DNA of 64,000 nt, from the NCBI GenBank assembly GCA_010015805.1, contig ML978128.1, positions 1,426,001 to 1,490,000 on the forward strand. Direction: 5' to 3'. Below the pieces are notes generated by a model that worked only from the letters and a program-made list of their open reading frames with translations, was not told where the DNA came from and searched no databases. This DNA is from Rhizodiscina lignyota (lineage: Eukaryota). Both the position numbers and the translations under genes were made by a program. Below, piece after piece: positions 25,790 through 39,345 of the stretch (position 1 is its first letter; every line of letters begins with the position of its first letter).

Positions 25790-27039
25790 TCATTTGTTTA
25801 GAGCGCGCTCTGTCCCTGCCTTTTCTCGGAGGCCGATTATAACTTGAGTGACCATCTTGAACATGCTTACTAGCTCCTCATCCTTCTCAGCGCTAGGCAG
25901 AGTGATGGCGATGTGGTCGGTATGCCACCGCCTTAATTCAATCCTCATTAGCTTCCAAACCCGGTTTGGATCGCTTGCATAAGGAGGCGCTTTGCTATAA
26001 AACTCCTTGATGGCATCAACAGTCAAGTCTTTAGAGTTGCCAGACTTGGAAGGCCATGGAATGCATTTCTTGCTTCTCTTGGACAGATCATGTTCGTCTT
26101 CGAGAGGTTATTAGTACTAGTGCCTTGAGAGACTAATGCGGCTTTTACGGAAGACTCACTTTCGAACGCATCCCATGCTTTAAGATATCTTTCCCATGCC
26201 TCTTCCCACTCCTGCTGCTCATGCTTTAACCGCTCCTCACGTTCTCTCCGCATCCTTTCGGCTCGCTGCCGCGCTCGCTCATTGAACTCTTCCTGTTCGC
26301 GTTGTTTCTTGGCCTTTTCCTCTTCTGCTTTCTCTTTGCGTGCCTTCTCTTTCCTTGCCTCCTCTTTCCTGGCTCTTTCGTTTTCTTCTTCTTCTCTTGT
26401 GCGCTCCTCTGCAGTGTGCTCTTCTCTGCTACTCTGCTTGGATTCAGGCTGGGTTTTTGGCATATCTTCGCTCCCCCTTGGGTCATATTGCATTTTGGCG
26501 CTAGAAGTCCTATTCTCTGGTGATGTTCGTGTTCCAGCAAAAGCGTCTGATGTACTTGGACTCTGCTTCTGCCGCTGTGCGTACCATGCCATAAACTCGG
26601 AGAAAAGATCTGCGTCGATTTCCGGGGAGCATTCATTTTTCGAACGACTTCCGAATGATTTAGATGTAGGCTCTGGGTATTTTGTCCCTCTTGCATGGAT
26701 CGCCGGGAACTTCGATTCGACCTTTCGTTCCCAGTCCATAGCCACGCTGCTCTGCTGATCTTGATGGTAGCGGAGGCACAACAATTTCCCAGCCAGTCTG
26801 TGGAGCAATGGTTTTACGTCAGATGCAGAAGGATCCAGCGCTGAGAGCTCGTTGAGAATATTCCGAGCATCGGATCTGTTATATTGATTGATCGGATTTC
26901 GGCAACGCCGCTTCATCGAGGGGGCGTATCCCACGCATGTCCAGTTGTCGCATCGATCAGGGTTCCTGATTTGAAGGAGATTTTCAGGATCCCGTTGAAC
27001 TGATGGTTTACGAAAATAAGAACCCGAGTGGATACCCAT
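25790..27039 (-). CDS. Hypothetical protein: Cys/His N-terminal domain, charged coiled coil, C-terminal IPWP..RRWH domain
   Basis: Long ORF plus intron GTGAGT..CTAAT..AG near 26100-26158 joining in frame to CIPWPSKSG..ELRRWHTDH. Confidence 0.75.
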
Positions 27040-27672
27040 GGCTGCGAAAAGAAGTGCCAATTAACAAAGCTTCAGCTAGAACGCGGGAAATTGCGTCGGT
27101 GAAAAGGTGATTGCGACTTTCTACGGATACACTTGACAGACGCTATCCTTATACTTACGACTTGTTCACAGCAAGATGTCGTCTCCATCGTGGCATGAAT
27201 GGTAGCGCACAGCCTCATTGCTTCACCTCGTCCGACAAATCCCGCACATTGGCTGAATGACGACACACTGGTAGAATGAGCCCGAAAACACCCCTGCAAG
27301 AAGGCGAAGCACGAATGCGACATTTTCCCTAAGAGTCGGGTGTACATGCGATTACGAACATTCGCTTGGAAAGGGAATGATTGGAGAGGAAGGAGTGTTA
27401 TGAAAGTGGCGCACATACTCGAGTATTCGCGACCTTTCTAATGCAGGGGATGAAACTCACAAAGCCTCCACGATGCAAGTGCTTCTTTTAGAATGGCAGG
27501 TGTTTACTTGAAATGACAGATGATAGGCTGGCAAAACGTAGGTGGTAGGGATTGAGCGCCACTACGGCACAGTCACCCCTTTGCTACATCACGTGATGTA
27601 TGGGAATGTCCCGGGTTTTGGTGTCCAGCGCCCACTCTGATTGCTTCCCCGCATATCCCAAGAATAGTACAC

Positions 27673-29478
27673 TCACAGCTCGTCAATTCTTCCCAAAACC
27701 CATTGGAGGTGCCTGTAGCTGACTCTCGGCTGGAACTGAGGCTCCATATGCCCAGAAAGGAGTGTTTCGGCGAACATCAAGCCTCTCTCAAAGTGTTGGA
27801 CGCCCATGATGCCTTGGGGATTATCCATGCCTCCAAATCCGTTCTTTTCAAACGTGGACTGATACTGCAAGTCTGGTAGACGGATGTCGATTGGCTTGCT
27901 CGGCCTCTCCTTGAAGCCCATCGTACCTCCCCAGGTCATGTTCTGGATCGAGATGAGGGTGCCGTTCGTGATGATGTCGTAGTCCAGAGCTCCATTCGCA
28001 ATCAAAACACGATTTGTGCTTTCGATCAAGCGCGGCAGCACCGACTGGATAGGGTCGGGGCTCAGGTCTCCTTCATCTTCAGGCCCGCCGTCACCGAGGA
28101 AGATTGGCGAGAGGCTACAGTCAAGCCAGCTGACGTCCATCGGAGCATGCATTGCCTTTTTGACATCTGTGCGATTAAAATATATTGGAAGCCCAGCATA
28201 ACTGTATTGTAAATCAGTCGGCCATCCAAGTGGGTCGCTTAACAATGGGCATTGCAGATTCGGCTCGTACACGTTGAAGCAAGGGTTGGTATGAAAAGCC
28301 TCGTTATGTGCAAGAGTCCACAGGTCACAATCTGCCTGTGATGTGAAGTTAAAATAAGCAGGCGCCTGCATGCCTGACGCCGGGAAGGTAAGATACTGCT
28401 CACGATAAGCAGCGTAGCCACATCGTTTGTCCTGGACGTCAAGGTGCTTGAGGAAGGTATCGTTGAAGCCAAGGATATTGTTGTTCTGTTGAATCCACGG
28501 TACTGCGATTGCCTGCTCTTGAGTATAGATCCACGATCCGATGCACGGGTCGTACATCAAAGCCCCTGTAGATTCATTAGATCTTGGTATACGGTGGTTG
28601 GAAATAAACTCGAACCTGAGACATTGAAATGCTCCGGATCATTGCGGCTCATCATTTCTTCGGCAAAGTAAGGGACGTAGATTCCCGCGTACGACTCCCC
28701 CGTGACGTATATTTTGTACTTTGAAATGCCGAAGATCTTTTGAAAGTTGAGAAAGAAATCAACAAAGTCCTTTGCAATGTCGGCTTCAGAAGTGGCTTGA
28801 ACTTCGCCAGTGGAGAAGCCAACTCCAACCGGCTGCTCGACCCTGTAATCTATCGTGAGACTGCCGGAAAGAGCAGCTACGATGTATGCTGAGGACGAAC
28901 CATAGCATGTTTGTTAAGTTGACCCAAGAGTAGGGGTTGATTGTTGGTGAATATTGACCCCATGTCCATATGAACAAGCCGTTCTCTTGCAGAAATCCTT
29001 CTAACGAGCTACAACCTTCGAATCATAAGCTTAATTGTCCTCTGGAGCCGTCATGTCGATCATACCAGGGCCACCATTCAACCAAATAGTGATCTCATCG
29101 ACCGGTGGACCGACAGTTGGTTGGAACACAAAAAACAGAGATCTCGATTTGTTCTTCATGTCAATCGGAATTACTCCAGAGTACATCTCCCCAATGTCGA
29201 ATGGAACATCCGGAAGCCTCTCAACGCGATACGCTGTCACATGTCAAGCAGGAGCCCCAGTGAGGTGAGAGTGAACAGCACATACGAGCTGTATCATCGT
29301 TTAAATATCGAAACTCTGTCCGATTCGCTCGAGTTTCGAGTCTGGGTTCGTTCAACTGATTGACAAAAGCTTCCGTAAACCCTTTCCGGCGACTTCTCTC
29401 GTGCATTCTACCGGCAGAAGCGATCGAGCAAAGAAAACTTGCCACGACAATCGCTTTACAAACGAACTTTGCAGCCAT
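27673..29478 (-). CDS. Secreted serine carboxypeptidase, family S10
   Basis: Signal peptide, WLNGGPG|CSS, GESYAG nucleophile motif, NGALD, SGHMEPQ. Confidence 0.93.
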
Positions 29479-29879
29479 ATTGTGCTGGTGTGGTTGTTTG
29501 CTCCAATGTACAGATTGAACAACATCCAATCTCTTGCGGAGTCGTACGAATGGAAGGCGGGGATTTAGTTGGGAGAGCGGCTCTCCCTTGGAATGCGGAT
29601 TGACCCATAGCGACTGTAGTCGGCTCTAGGACCATGTTTGTTTCTGCCGGCATTGTGAGTTCCTGGTCTCCAGCTTCCTTCAACGTCATAGCGTGCAGGA
29701 ATAGATAAGGACATGGGAATATGAACATCTGATCTCGCGAGATCAGAGCATGATATTAATACAGTAATCTGTACGTACCTGCCTCATAATTCCAGATCAC
29801 CAGCTCCTCAACTCGTCCAACCACGCTATATGTCATAGGATATCGCACTTTATGGATAGCTCGAAAAGCGCATGAAGAA

Positions 29880-31020
29880 AGCTATGTTCCAACCCGGTCC
29901 GGCTCCTTCAATGACAATCCCCGCTTTATCGGCGATATCGCGATGGTCAGTGCGAGAATCCGCAAGGGGTGACTGATACTCCGTAGTATGGATTAATACT
30001 TCATTCTAGTTCTGCAGGAGGAAAACAGAAGTCAAGAGGAAGAAGATATTGGAAAGAGATTCATAGGGTAAGAATAATATGTACAGTCTCTGTTTGACTT
30101 TTTTGGTTATTGGAATCAAGACCTACGCTAATCCGTATTCAGCTTAGCTCCGGTGCTAATGAAGGCCGCGAATTTGCAGAGCGATTAATGCAGTTCGACG
30201 ACATAATTGTAAGAAAAAAGCTGCCTCAGTCCGGTAGCCCCTTTACCGAAACACTCAGTCTGTCGTGAGTTGAAACGGAGGACATTCGCCAGTTGCCGTT
30301 CAACCACGATAAGGGAATGTCTTCCTGCTCCTCTCTAGTCATGTCCGACTTGATGAGGTCAGGAGATCATTCACAAACGAACACGCTGAGAAGACACGAA
30401 AGAAGATCAAGCTGACCACGGAACTGAATTCAATGCCAGACTATCTGCGAGTATTGTCTTGGCAGCTTATTGACACGGTCGCCGATGTTTGCCAGGAGAC
30501 TTTCATGTCTTGTTCTTTCAGGCTTCTGAGCTGCGCTTTCCTGAATAAATTCTACTATTTTCGATTTCTATCCACTAGATCTTCAGGATAATTAACCTGC
30601 TTTCTTTGCCGGCCATCGTTGTTGCAAAATCATATGACGTTTCCGATATATCTTAAGTGACTTGGATCGACACGATTACAACTCTCTCGTTCCCTAGCAA
30701 AAGTCCGCTATCCAAAGGCGGCAGCCCCGGATTTCCGCTGCATAACGTTAATGTTGCCTATAATGTATACTTCTTAGCGGGTAAAGTATAGATGACAGCC
30801 AAGTCTCCGCCCCTTTACTTTAATACGCACCCGGCAACGATCAGCAGAGATCATATTAATTATACAGCCTGTCTTCCCCTCCGGTGTTTATGTCGGCCTC
30901 GAACAATCCTCCGGACAGAACACTCCCACGTGATTATGGCATCGACTTGGCCGATATCGCTCTCCTCGACTATTTTCATGGCAACGACAATCCTTGCTTG
31001 CTCTTTCGCAACAGGTAGAG
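29880..31020 (+). pseudogene. Possible decayed gene remnant
   Basis: Protein-like open stretches (..VRLDEVRRSFTNEHAEKTRKKIKL..; ..RDYGIDLADIALLDYFHG..) broken by stops and frame changes; no family recognised. Confidence 0.25.
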
Positions 31021-31249
31021 GCAATATCTCAGGATATGGTAAGAAATTGGTGCTTCGCACTTGGTGGAGACGACGGCACTTCGAGTAGACTACTTTGCCG
31101 CTCCAGAAGTTGATGAGTTGGGTATATAAAGGGTCGTGGCATCTTGCCTGGAAGCTCAGTCAACAGCATCTTCAATCCGACTACTGCATCTCACGACACA
31201 ATTCGGTCTTCAAGTAAATTGTGATTCTTAACTCTTCCCTGCTTTCAGA

Positions 31250-31583
31250 ATGCGCTTCTCTATCTTCGTCACTGCGGCCTTTGGCATTGGGGCTCTAGCC
31301 CAATCCCTTCCTGGAAATTGCGCGAGTGGCAATCAATGCTGCGTGTTTAACGGAGGCGAATGCGTGAGTTGCGTAAGTGGTTCTTTCGAGCAGCAGAATG
31401 GCCGGGTCTGTTACTAAGGTATCGAATAGTCATGCACATGCAACGAAGGAGACTCCTGCACCGTGGTACGTCTCGTGTTGATGAGCCCGACGTTACAGTG
31501 GCTATATTGAAGCACCCCAACACTGTCTTATAATTGCTGTCCAGTTTTCCGCTCTTCCGACCGATGGTTGTATCTGTGATTGA
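31250..31583 (+). CDS. Small secreted cysteine-rich peptide, 65 aa, 10 Cys (3 exons)
   Basis: Exons 31250-31372, 31430-31465, 31545-31583 give MRFSIFVTAAFGIGALAQSLPGNCASGNQCCVFNGGECVSCSCTCNEGDSCTVFSALPTDGCICD*; TATATAAA at 31123. Confidence 0.82.
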
Positions 31584-31940
31584 GCGAGGCCGTAAGTGAC
31601 GCGTCCTGCTACTCGATTACCAGGAAACAAGGCTCACGTCCCAGTACAAAGGATCTCCGAAGGGAATATGAGTGGTTTACTACAGATTCTGGAGGATTGT
31701 CCTTTGCCTGACGTTCGCTGATTGAAAGGAATATGCGCTGAGATACTCTCACTCATTTACACTGCTGGAGAAACAGCTCAAATACAGAAATTCCGAGTCT
31801 GTTGCGCCGGTCCAAACATGGCGATCCGCTCTGATGAAATCGTGTGTATGATGTGATTTGTGTTTGCTACTGAGACAGACGTGAAAACGCTGTGGGACTG
31901 ACCTGCTAAATGCCAGAGCCCTCACCTCCTTGTAGATAGG

Positions 31941-33440
31941 TCAGATCCAAATTGGTTCTCGTCTCGTCCTGACCATGAGTACCCAGAGAGCCACCAGTGT
32001 GCCTGTCCCAAGAAGTAAGAGCAGCCCGCTCCAGAGCTGGACCGAGAGGTAGTTCAGCCCGCCGCTGGAGCCATTGCCGACTCGGATTAGTGCTCCTGCA
32101 ATAGGACTACCAACGAGAAAGGCGATTCCAGAACACAACCAACTCATTCCCATCCATGTCCCGAGCAAGTTCGGTGCTTTGCAAATCCGAGGGAAGACGG
32201 TTGGCGGTAGGGCAACTAACGCTCCAGAGAAGAACCCTACTTTGCCATTAGTCTATCACTGTGTCCGACGGAAAGATGACGACCCACCATAAAGGCCACA
32301 GAACGCAAAAAAGGCTGCGACAGAGGATATACGGATCCAGCAGAGACATAAAACGCCCGATAGAGCTCCGCAAGCAATCCATGGCATCATCGAACCCATC
32401 TTCTGGGCAGCCAGTGCGGCTCCAAGTCTACCGAAAATTGAGGTTGCTGATGACACTGCAAGAGCCCAAAAGCTCAGTGATCGAGAAGTTCCGAGAACAA
32501 TCTGCGCAAACGAAGGCATGAAGAAGAATGGAACCAGGTAGCCAAGGAAGATGAAGAAGGACGCCAGCGAATATACGAGAAATGGGCCATCTTTTAGTGC
32601 GTTCACGTCGAATATCTTGCGTGTCGTTTGCGATCTTTTTTGGCCGGAGGTACTGATCAAAAGCGCCGGAATTGAGAGACCGAACACTACTAATGCCATG
32701 AAGGCCAGAACCCTTACTGTCCAGGCAAAGCCCACCCGCGGAAGTAGCGACTGGAATGCGGCAGTATAGATTACGCCGCCTTTCAAGTTGTCAGTACCGG
32801 GAAACGCCACCTTGGATTCTCACGTACCGATACCGATGCCGCATGTTACAATGCCAGAAGCAATTGCGCGACGCCTTTTGAACGACCCGCTGATCAATGC
32901 TAATGAAGGGATGTATAGTAGCCCTCCGCCAATTCCGATGCAAACGCCCTGGCTCAGAAATATCTGGTAGTACTGCGATGATAGACTCAGGGTGAAAAGG
33001 CCGAGGAGGACAAGGAATGCGCCGGACAGTAGCATGAATCTGAATGCCCCAAGGTCATAAAGGGGACCGGCAAGAACGCCAACAATGCTTAATAGCGCTG
33101 ACTGGATGGTGCCGATCCAGGAGATTGAGGACTCGGACTCGGACGGCAGGTAGGATAATTGGTAGAAGCTTTGGAAAATACCAAATATGAAAGTGAAGCC
33201 CCTGAGAACATCACATTGTCAGTTCTGAATGTTTGACGATGGCAAGATGGCCTACCAGATATTCACGAATATCATGAAGCTGCCAAAGACCTGGAGCCAT
33301 GCGCGCCTCCCGCCGTCGACTTCATACGTGGAAGTTGGACGCTCAACAGTAGCAGATGGATGAGAATCCAGGGCACCTTCAGCCGTCTGATTGTGCTCGA
33401 AGCTTTGAAGGGCTAAGTCTGTTCCGCTCGCATGCCGCAT
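31941..33440 (-). CDS. MFS monocarboxylate-transporter-like (Mch family) protein
   Basis: DGGRRAWLQVFGSF..W|GF..FGIFQSFY, ISWIGTIQ, QIFLSQGVCIGIGGG, VGFAWTVR, GTWMGM motifs; 3 introns. Confidence 0.9.
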
Positions 33441-34156
33441 AGTGAGCTGATTAAGAGATGCAGGTGATGGAAAGCGGAAAAGTGCAGACGAGGCCGCAAT
33501 TGAAGTTGAATTTGAAGAACGGGAGAGCAGAATGTAAGCTCGGGGCACAGAGCACGACTTTATACCGCACCTGCCTTACCCACGGCCAAGCCTCCTGTCT
33601 TTCGATTGGAAGGAAGTCCATCATCAAGGCTCGATTAGAGGGCACTATTCTGCATCGAGATCAGTTGGTGGAGATCTAGAAAGATTGGCTTGCGCTAGGC
33701 CTCTTTGGGCCGATTTCACATGATGGTGGTCATGGAAGTACCGATGAATGCCGAAGTTTTCACTGCTACGTTGTCTGTAGATTGGCGGGTAATATACCTG
33801 AGACAAGCTTGTCATCAACGGAAAGGTAATATGATTGTTGTCGACTATCTGTCTCTCCATCTATTCCAGACATGCTCCAGCCAAAGTTCGAGCGTGCGGG
33901 AGTCTGGAAGGGCAGTGCTCACCATAAACGTTCCGATTAATGTCCTACGCTCAGCAATGTCTGAACTGATATAAATCTACTAAAGAGTAATTTACAGTAG
34001 TAATTCGAGAGTGAGTATTATACAAGAGAGTGAACACTGTCTATCGTACAGAAGACTTTCCGAGATTTCCTAAGTGGAGAAAATTCCGTGAAGAGGGGAG
34101 ATCTCTTTGAAGTAGGGAAATATCAATCGGAAAGTCAAGGGCAGTACCTCTGAGCT

Positions 34157-35416
34157 TTAATTCTCCCATTCATAATCAGGGAGCCCATATTTATCAGTGC
34201 CAAAGGAGCCGGCGAAGAACTTGCCGGCCCATTCCAAAATCCTGCTCCACGCGACAAAAGCGAAAAATGTGTTTCGTAGCCATATCCCCCAAGCCGTCTG
34301 TGGTGCCATCAGTGCAGGCATGCCGGGTGGAATCTTTTGCAGATCATTGATCATTGGCCTCATGCGTTCCTCGTAGCCCTTGAGTCCTGCTGCAAGGTCG
34401 CCCTTATGCCTGCTGATTTCACCCGCCAATGTATAAGCGCCGGCAATGGCTAAGGTTGTACCAGCACCGGTGAATGGACTCGGTGAGTAGCCCGCATCGC
34501 CAACCAGAACGAATCGCCCTTTGTACAAGCTTGGGGCTTTGACTTGGACAATCTCGGAGGCGTAGAAGTCTTCTGCACTCATCATGCCCTTGAGAATCTC
34601 TTCCGTCTTCCAGCCGGTGCCCTGAAAGTGCTGGGCTACGTAATGTTTGAGCGCATCGTCTCCTTGTTTCATGGCTTCGCGAAACGGCAGCGTAAGGTCG
34701 CGATTGTTGCGTGGATATATGCCTAGCACTCCAACTCGGTTCACGCCTGATGGGTCAGGTCCAAGACCGAGGGCACGGCCTCCAGTTGTGCTCCATAACT
34801 GTGCCATTTTGCTTCCTTCGAGAAGGTCTTGTTTTATGGAGAAGTATGTCGCCCAGCAGTTTAATGGTCGGATGTGGTCTCGGACACCGCAGCCAAAACC
34901 CATGGCACGAGTTCTCGAAGTTGCGCCATCACAGGCAGCGACAAGGTCATATTCCGAAGTCGGGAAGCCGTTCTCGAATTCCACTCTGATCGGTCCGTCG
35001 TCCTTTTGCTGCATCGAGGCCACTTGCTCGCCAAAAACGTACTTGATCTTCTCATTGTCCTTGGTCAGATCGTACAGGATCTGTGCGAGGTCTCCGCGAA
35101 AGATTTCGTACTCTGAAGTGAGTGTCTGCTGGTTGGGGTCTCCAGAAGCTTTCATGACTGCATACGGCCGGCCATCGTCGCGGACAAAGTTGATGCCCTC
35201 CTGCTGAGTCGTCTTGGCCCGTACAGCGGCCTCCATCCCCTGCATCTTCCGCATTACAGTAACTCCAGCGGTACGGATATCGATACTCTGTCCATTGGTG
35301 CGCAGCTTTGGGAAGCGCTCGATGATGGTGACATTTGCTCCGGCCTTAGCAAACCAGTAGGCCGCCGTCGGACCTGCAACGGACGCGCCCACGATGAGAA
35401 CCTTTAGATTAGACAT
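34157..35416 (-). CDS. FAD-dependent monooxygenase (intronless)
   Basis: VLIVGASVAG Rossmann motif, ACDGATSRTR (DG motif), VLVGDAGY (GD motif). Confidence 0.92.
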   Translation of the reverse strand: MSNLKVLIVGASVAGPTAAYWFAKAGANVTIIERFPKLRTNGQSIDIRTAGVTVMRKMQGMEAAVRAKTTQQEGINFVRDDGRPYAVMKASGDPNQQTLTSEYEIFRGDLAQILYDLTKDNEKIKYVFGEQVASMQQKDDGPIRVEFENGFPTSEYDLVAACDGATSRTRAMGFGCGVRDHIRPLNCWATYFSIKQDLLEGSKMAQLWSTTGGRALGLGPDPSGVNRVGVLGIYPRNNRDLTLPFREAMKQGDDALKHYVAQHFQGTGWKTEEILKGMMSAEDFYASEIVQVKAPSLYKGRFVLVGDAGYSPSPFTGAGTTLAIAGAYTLAGEISRHKGDLAAGLKGYEERMRPMINDLQKIPPGMPALMAPQTAWGIWLRNTFFAFVAWSRILEWAGKFFAGSFGTDKYGLPDYEWEN

Positions 35417-35911
35417 CGTAGAAGAGTAGATGCATTTATGCAATGAAAATTGTCTCTTGAAAGTTGAATTCTCTTTCGAAACTCAGATGTCGCAACAGCC
35501 TATCGAGAAGGTGGAGACAAAGGATCGCAGAGAGATGTTTGAACCAGTTGCTCGAATGAGAGAGAAATCTAGAAGAGAACAGAAACTAAAGAACGACGCG
35601 TACGTGCCTGGCGTAACACCTCCTGAGGGCCTATATATATTTTTAAGGCCATGACGCTGCCTAGTGTACGAATTAAGATTTAGTCTCAAAAGGTCGCAGA
35701 GCCTTGGAGTCACACCGATCGGACGCGAGTCACAAAAGGCGCCGTCGGGCCCGAGCCAGCTGGCTGTCGATTGGGCGGCCGAAGAAGGCTAGCGTAGCAT
35801 ATCCTAACGAGAGAAAAACTTCAATGCATGCGCTTTTCTACGCTACAAAACTACACATATCCTTTATACGGCTCATCTCGAATTTGCAAGACATGGGAGA
35901 GCTTGTCAATT

Positions 35912-38900
35912 TCAAGTCCACCCGAATACCTCCCCAACACTCAAGAAGGTCCACCTCAGCCCGCCAATCCCAACGAAGATACCCACAACCTGCACAACAG
36001 CTCCTACGACGGTTGCCATCAGAAATCTAGGCATAAACACTCTATACAGCATAAGATGTCGGCGCAAATGTCCAGCCCACAACGTTGTCGCAAGCCCAAT
36101 GACAGCATAAAACAGGAAGTGTTGTGTCATTGCCCTAGTCACACTGCCCATGAGACCTTGCTTCCTTGGAGGCACCTTCCAAAGCTGGGTTAAAGGTACC
36201 GCGATTGCACATAGGATCTGTGCACCAAGGCTGTTGAGTACGATGACTATGGGCGACCATGGGTATCGAACAGTTTTGAGGGGAATGAATGCAGTGTCCC
36301 ATTGAATGCTCGAAAATGTCGCTGCGTGACCAGTCTTGAAGAAGTGGTAGCTCCCCAGTAGAGCTAGGACAATTGGACCGACAGCAGTGGACCGCAGTGA
36401 AGGATTTGCTGCGATGATTTCAAGTAGGCAGAGGATCTGCCAGACAAGAATACCGATAACGCCACCACCTAAAGGCTTTTGGAGAAGGATAATTCCAAGC
36501 CCCCAGATGGTAAGGAGAATGAAATAGCGCGTGCCATGGACATTGTTGTACCCTTGTATGGAGATGGCTGAGCTACCGCTGTCAGAAGCAATAGCCTCAT
36601 CCGTAGGGTTACTGTCGTCACTGCTGTTCTTGCCGTTTGGAACCTGCTTCGCATCCTGTGCTCCAGGCTGTGATACTGTACGGATGTTTAGGAAAGGTGA
36701 AGCATAGCCAAACAGAGAGTGGCCTGCAGCGAAAGCAATTGCGAGGACGGTTTGGGCGACAAAGGTCTTGATTGTTTTAAGGGTATCCTTGTTCATGTCC
36801 AGCCAATCATTGTCATCAGCAGCATCGAGAGACCAAAACATCGCGGTCAGAACGAGGCCAATGCGGAAAGCGGAGCCTATCCAGAGGACCGCAGACCCTT
36901 GATAAGACTGTGTCGTGTCATAGTACGATTTGACAATGCTTGGAAGGAGAAAGGACAGCGCGAATGGAATGAGCAATGTCCATACGGCAGACGTGGACGA
37001 ACTTGCAGAAGCATAGTAGCTGGACCTGCAATGAGGCATTTGCTCCTCTCGGCAAAGTCTGGAGAACGATGCGGCTCGAGTAAGGATGATGAAGAGCACA
37101 GAGTGATAGCAGCCAAGGGCGCGGTTCGTCAAAGATTGCTGACCGATGGAAGAAGCAAGCATTAGTATGCCAAATGTTGCCACGAAGACAAGCAACGTCT
37201 GGTCTTCCCATATCGTGTACGAATTTGACGCGAATCCAATGGACAGCAGGAGTGTTAAAGTAACAGCAGTCCAACTCCATAGGGATTTTGGGAGAGGGAC
37301 AGTCAGCCTTCTCCGGGCGTACCAGTAAGCGGAGCCTATGCCGATGAGACCTCCGACGGCTGTGCAATATACGGTCGTGTGTATAGCAGGGAGAGTTGAA
37401 ACCGAAAAGGCAAGCGCAGAGCCGACGGCTGCACCAGCCGCTGTACCAATGAATCCCCGAGCCACAAGTAGAGGACTGAGCTCAGTAGTGTCGCCGTCGA
37501 TGGCGCAGCCATACACTATTAGAGCGATGAGAGATGCTAGCAGAATCTCTACCCCGTGTAGCATGCTAATCAAGTCGAATCGAGCCCAGAGATCTCGGCA
37601 CGTCTGCAAAGTCTGGCGCTGGTACTCCCCGAACTCTTTGGCGATATCAGTCCACGGCTTCGATACGACAGATTTCAGGGAGCCAAGTGTTGCCCAGGTA
37701 GATGTTGCCTTGTCCCACATACTGTCTGCACCACCAAATGCTCCACTATCAAGGCCTCGAACTTGTTTATATTCGTTCATGTACCTGTGTATTTGAGCAG
37801 CTGCTAGACGATGGACTCTCGCTACATTTTCATAGTTCTTCCCAGAAGAACCGATGAAAGCCTCTTCGATCGGCTTGCCAAGGTTATTGAATGGGATCGG
37901 AAGACCAAGAAGCAGCGCAAGTGTAGGAACGAGGTCAATCTGTGCCACTGGTCGCTCCTTGGCAGTCCTAGGAGGCTCCACGAATGACGGATCTGAGCGG
38001 CCAAAAATACCTTTCTTCGAATACATCCACAGAGCAGCCTCTACTTCGTCGTCCGACTCCCCACCATGGTCGCCTTTCGAGTCCATGCCATGATCTCCAA
38101 GAATCACTAGCAATGTGTCGTCATCGACAGTTGCAATTAACCGTCGGAACACATCGTCCATCTGTTCTAACTTTGCGGTCATTGCAGGATGATCCGGGCC
38201 ATATCGATGGCCTGCGTGATCAACGCCCAGGTAGTGGCCAATGATTACATCCCATTTCGAGGAATTTTTTGGATCAAGCAGTGGAAAGATATGCTTGGAA
38301 ACGCCATTGTCTACTGTATGCAAGTCCCAGACATTGAAAGAGTCATATGGCTTTGTCAGGTTCGCATCGAAATACCCAGGAAACAAGGAATGCCAAGTAT
38401 CATCGCCCAGGTGGACAACGGTCTTGCTCGCATTAAGGAGCTGCGCAATCAGATTGTCCTCGTCTATGGCAGTGCCAGCAAAGTTTGACCCTGCATCTAT
38501 AAAGGTTGGCAGGGTCCCCGTTGTCAAAGCCTTTAGCCGCTGTAATGTTGTAGTGGGAGGGTCGGCAATGAATGGAAGGAGGAACGCATTATTTGGCTGT
38601 TGAACAGAGATTTCATGTAAAATCTTCAGCGTGTTGTGGTAGTGGTGAGGATCTGAGGACAGGTAAGGCACTGTGAAATCGTAGCGCAGCGCATCAATCA
38701 GGATGATGACGGCTCGGTCGAATGTTTTTGGATGCCAGCAGCCATGCTCGGATGTGGATAGGCTAGTCGATTGATCTAAAGGCACTGGAGGCACATCACA
38801 TTTCGACTTGTGGTCTAGGACAAGCCTTGTGAGGAGGAAACCAGAGGCGAACAGGTAGACACCTAGGAGTTGAAGAAATCTGGTGCTGGTGAGTAGTCAT

Positions 38901-39120
38901 AAGGACAAATGACGCAATTCAAATCTCACAGTAAAAGACAGAAAAAGGCGATCAGGAGCGCATGGCTCGCGGAAAACTCAATCTCTTTCTGCTTGTTGAA
39001 GGCTTTGGCGTTCACCGAGGAGTCTCGCAGACCTTTTGCTTCTTCCTTGTCTCGCTCTGCCCTCGCTTTGGCGAACTCCGCGGCAATGCCGGTGTACTCT
39101 GTCTGCACCCCATCGTCCAT
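35912..39120 (-). CDS. GPI13: GPI ethanolamine phosphate transferase 3 (PIG-O)
   Basis: IDALRYDF, ADPPTTTLQRLKALTTGTLPTF, GVDHAGH, GDHGMD..GDHGG; multi-TM C-terminus with FFKTGH and RRHLMLYRVFMPRF; one intron near 38880-38930. Confidence 0.95.
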
Positions 39121-39345
39121 TTGGAGCGCTACCGAATGGGCATATCGAGGAAAAGGCGAGAAGACTGCTGGCTCTCACATTAAGATCTGCGACTTTCGCA
39201 AAACAAATGACACCGGACAACACGGACGTATTCGGTGAAACCTCGGTGAATGACGCGACGCGATTAAACGCCGCAGTTGCACCTTGATACCGCTTGTTTG
39301 TAAACTGATGTCCTTGAAGAAACTTTCATTTTAATTAACCTCGCA

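Noticed and set aside
31941..35416. Secondary-metabolite gene cluster
   Set aside because: Only a transporter and a monooxygenase; no backbone synthase or pathway regulator in the window.
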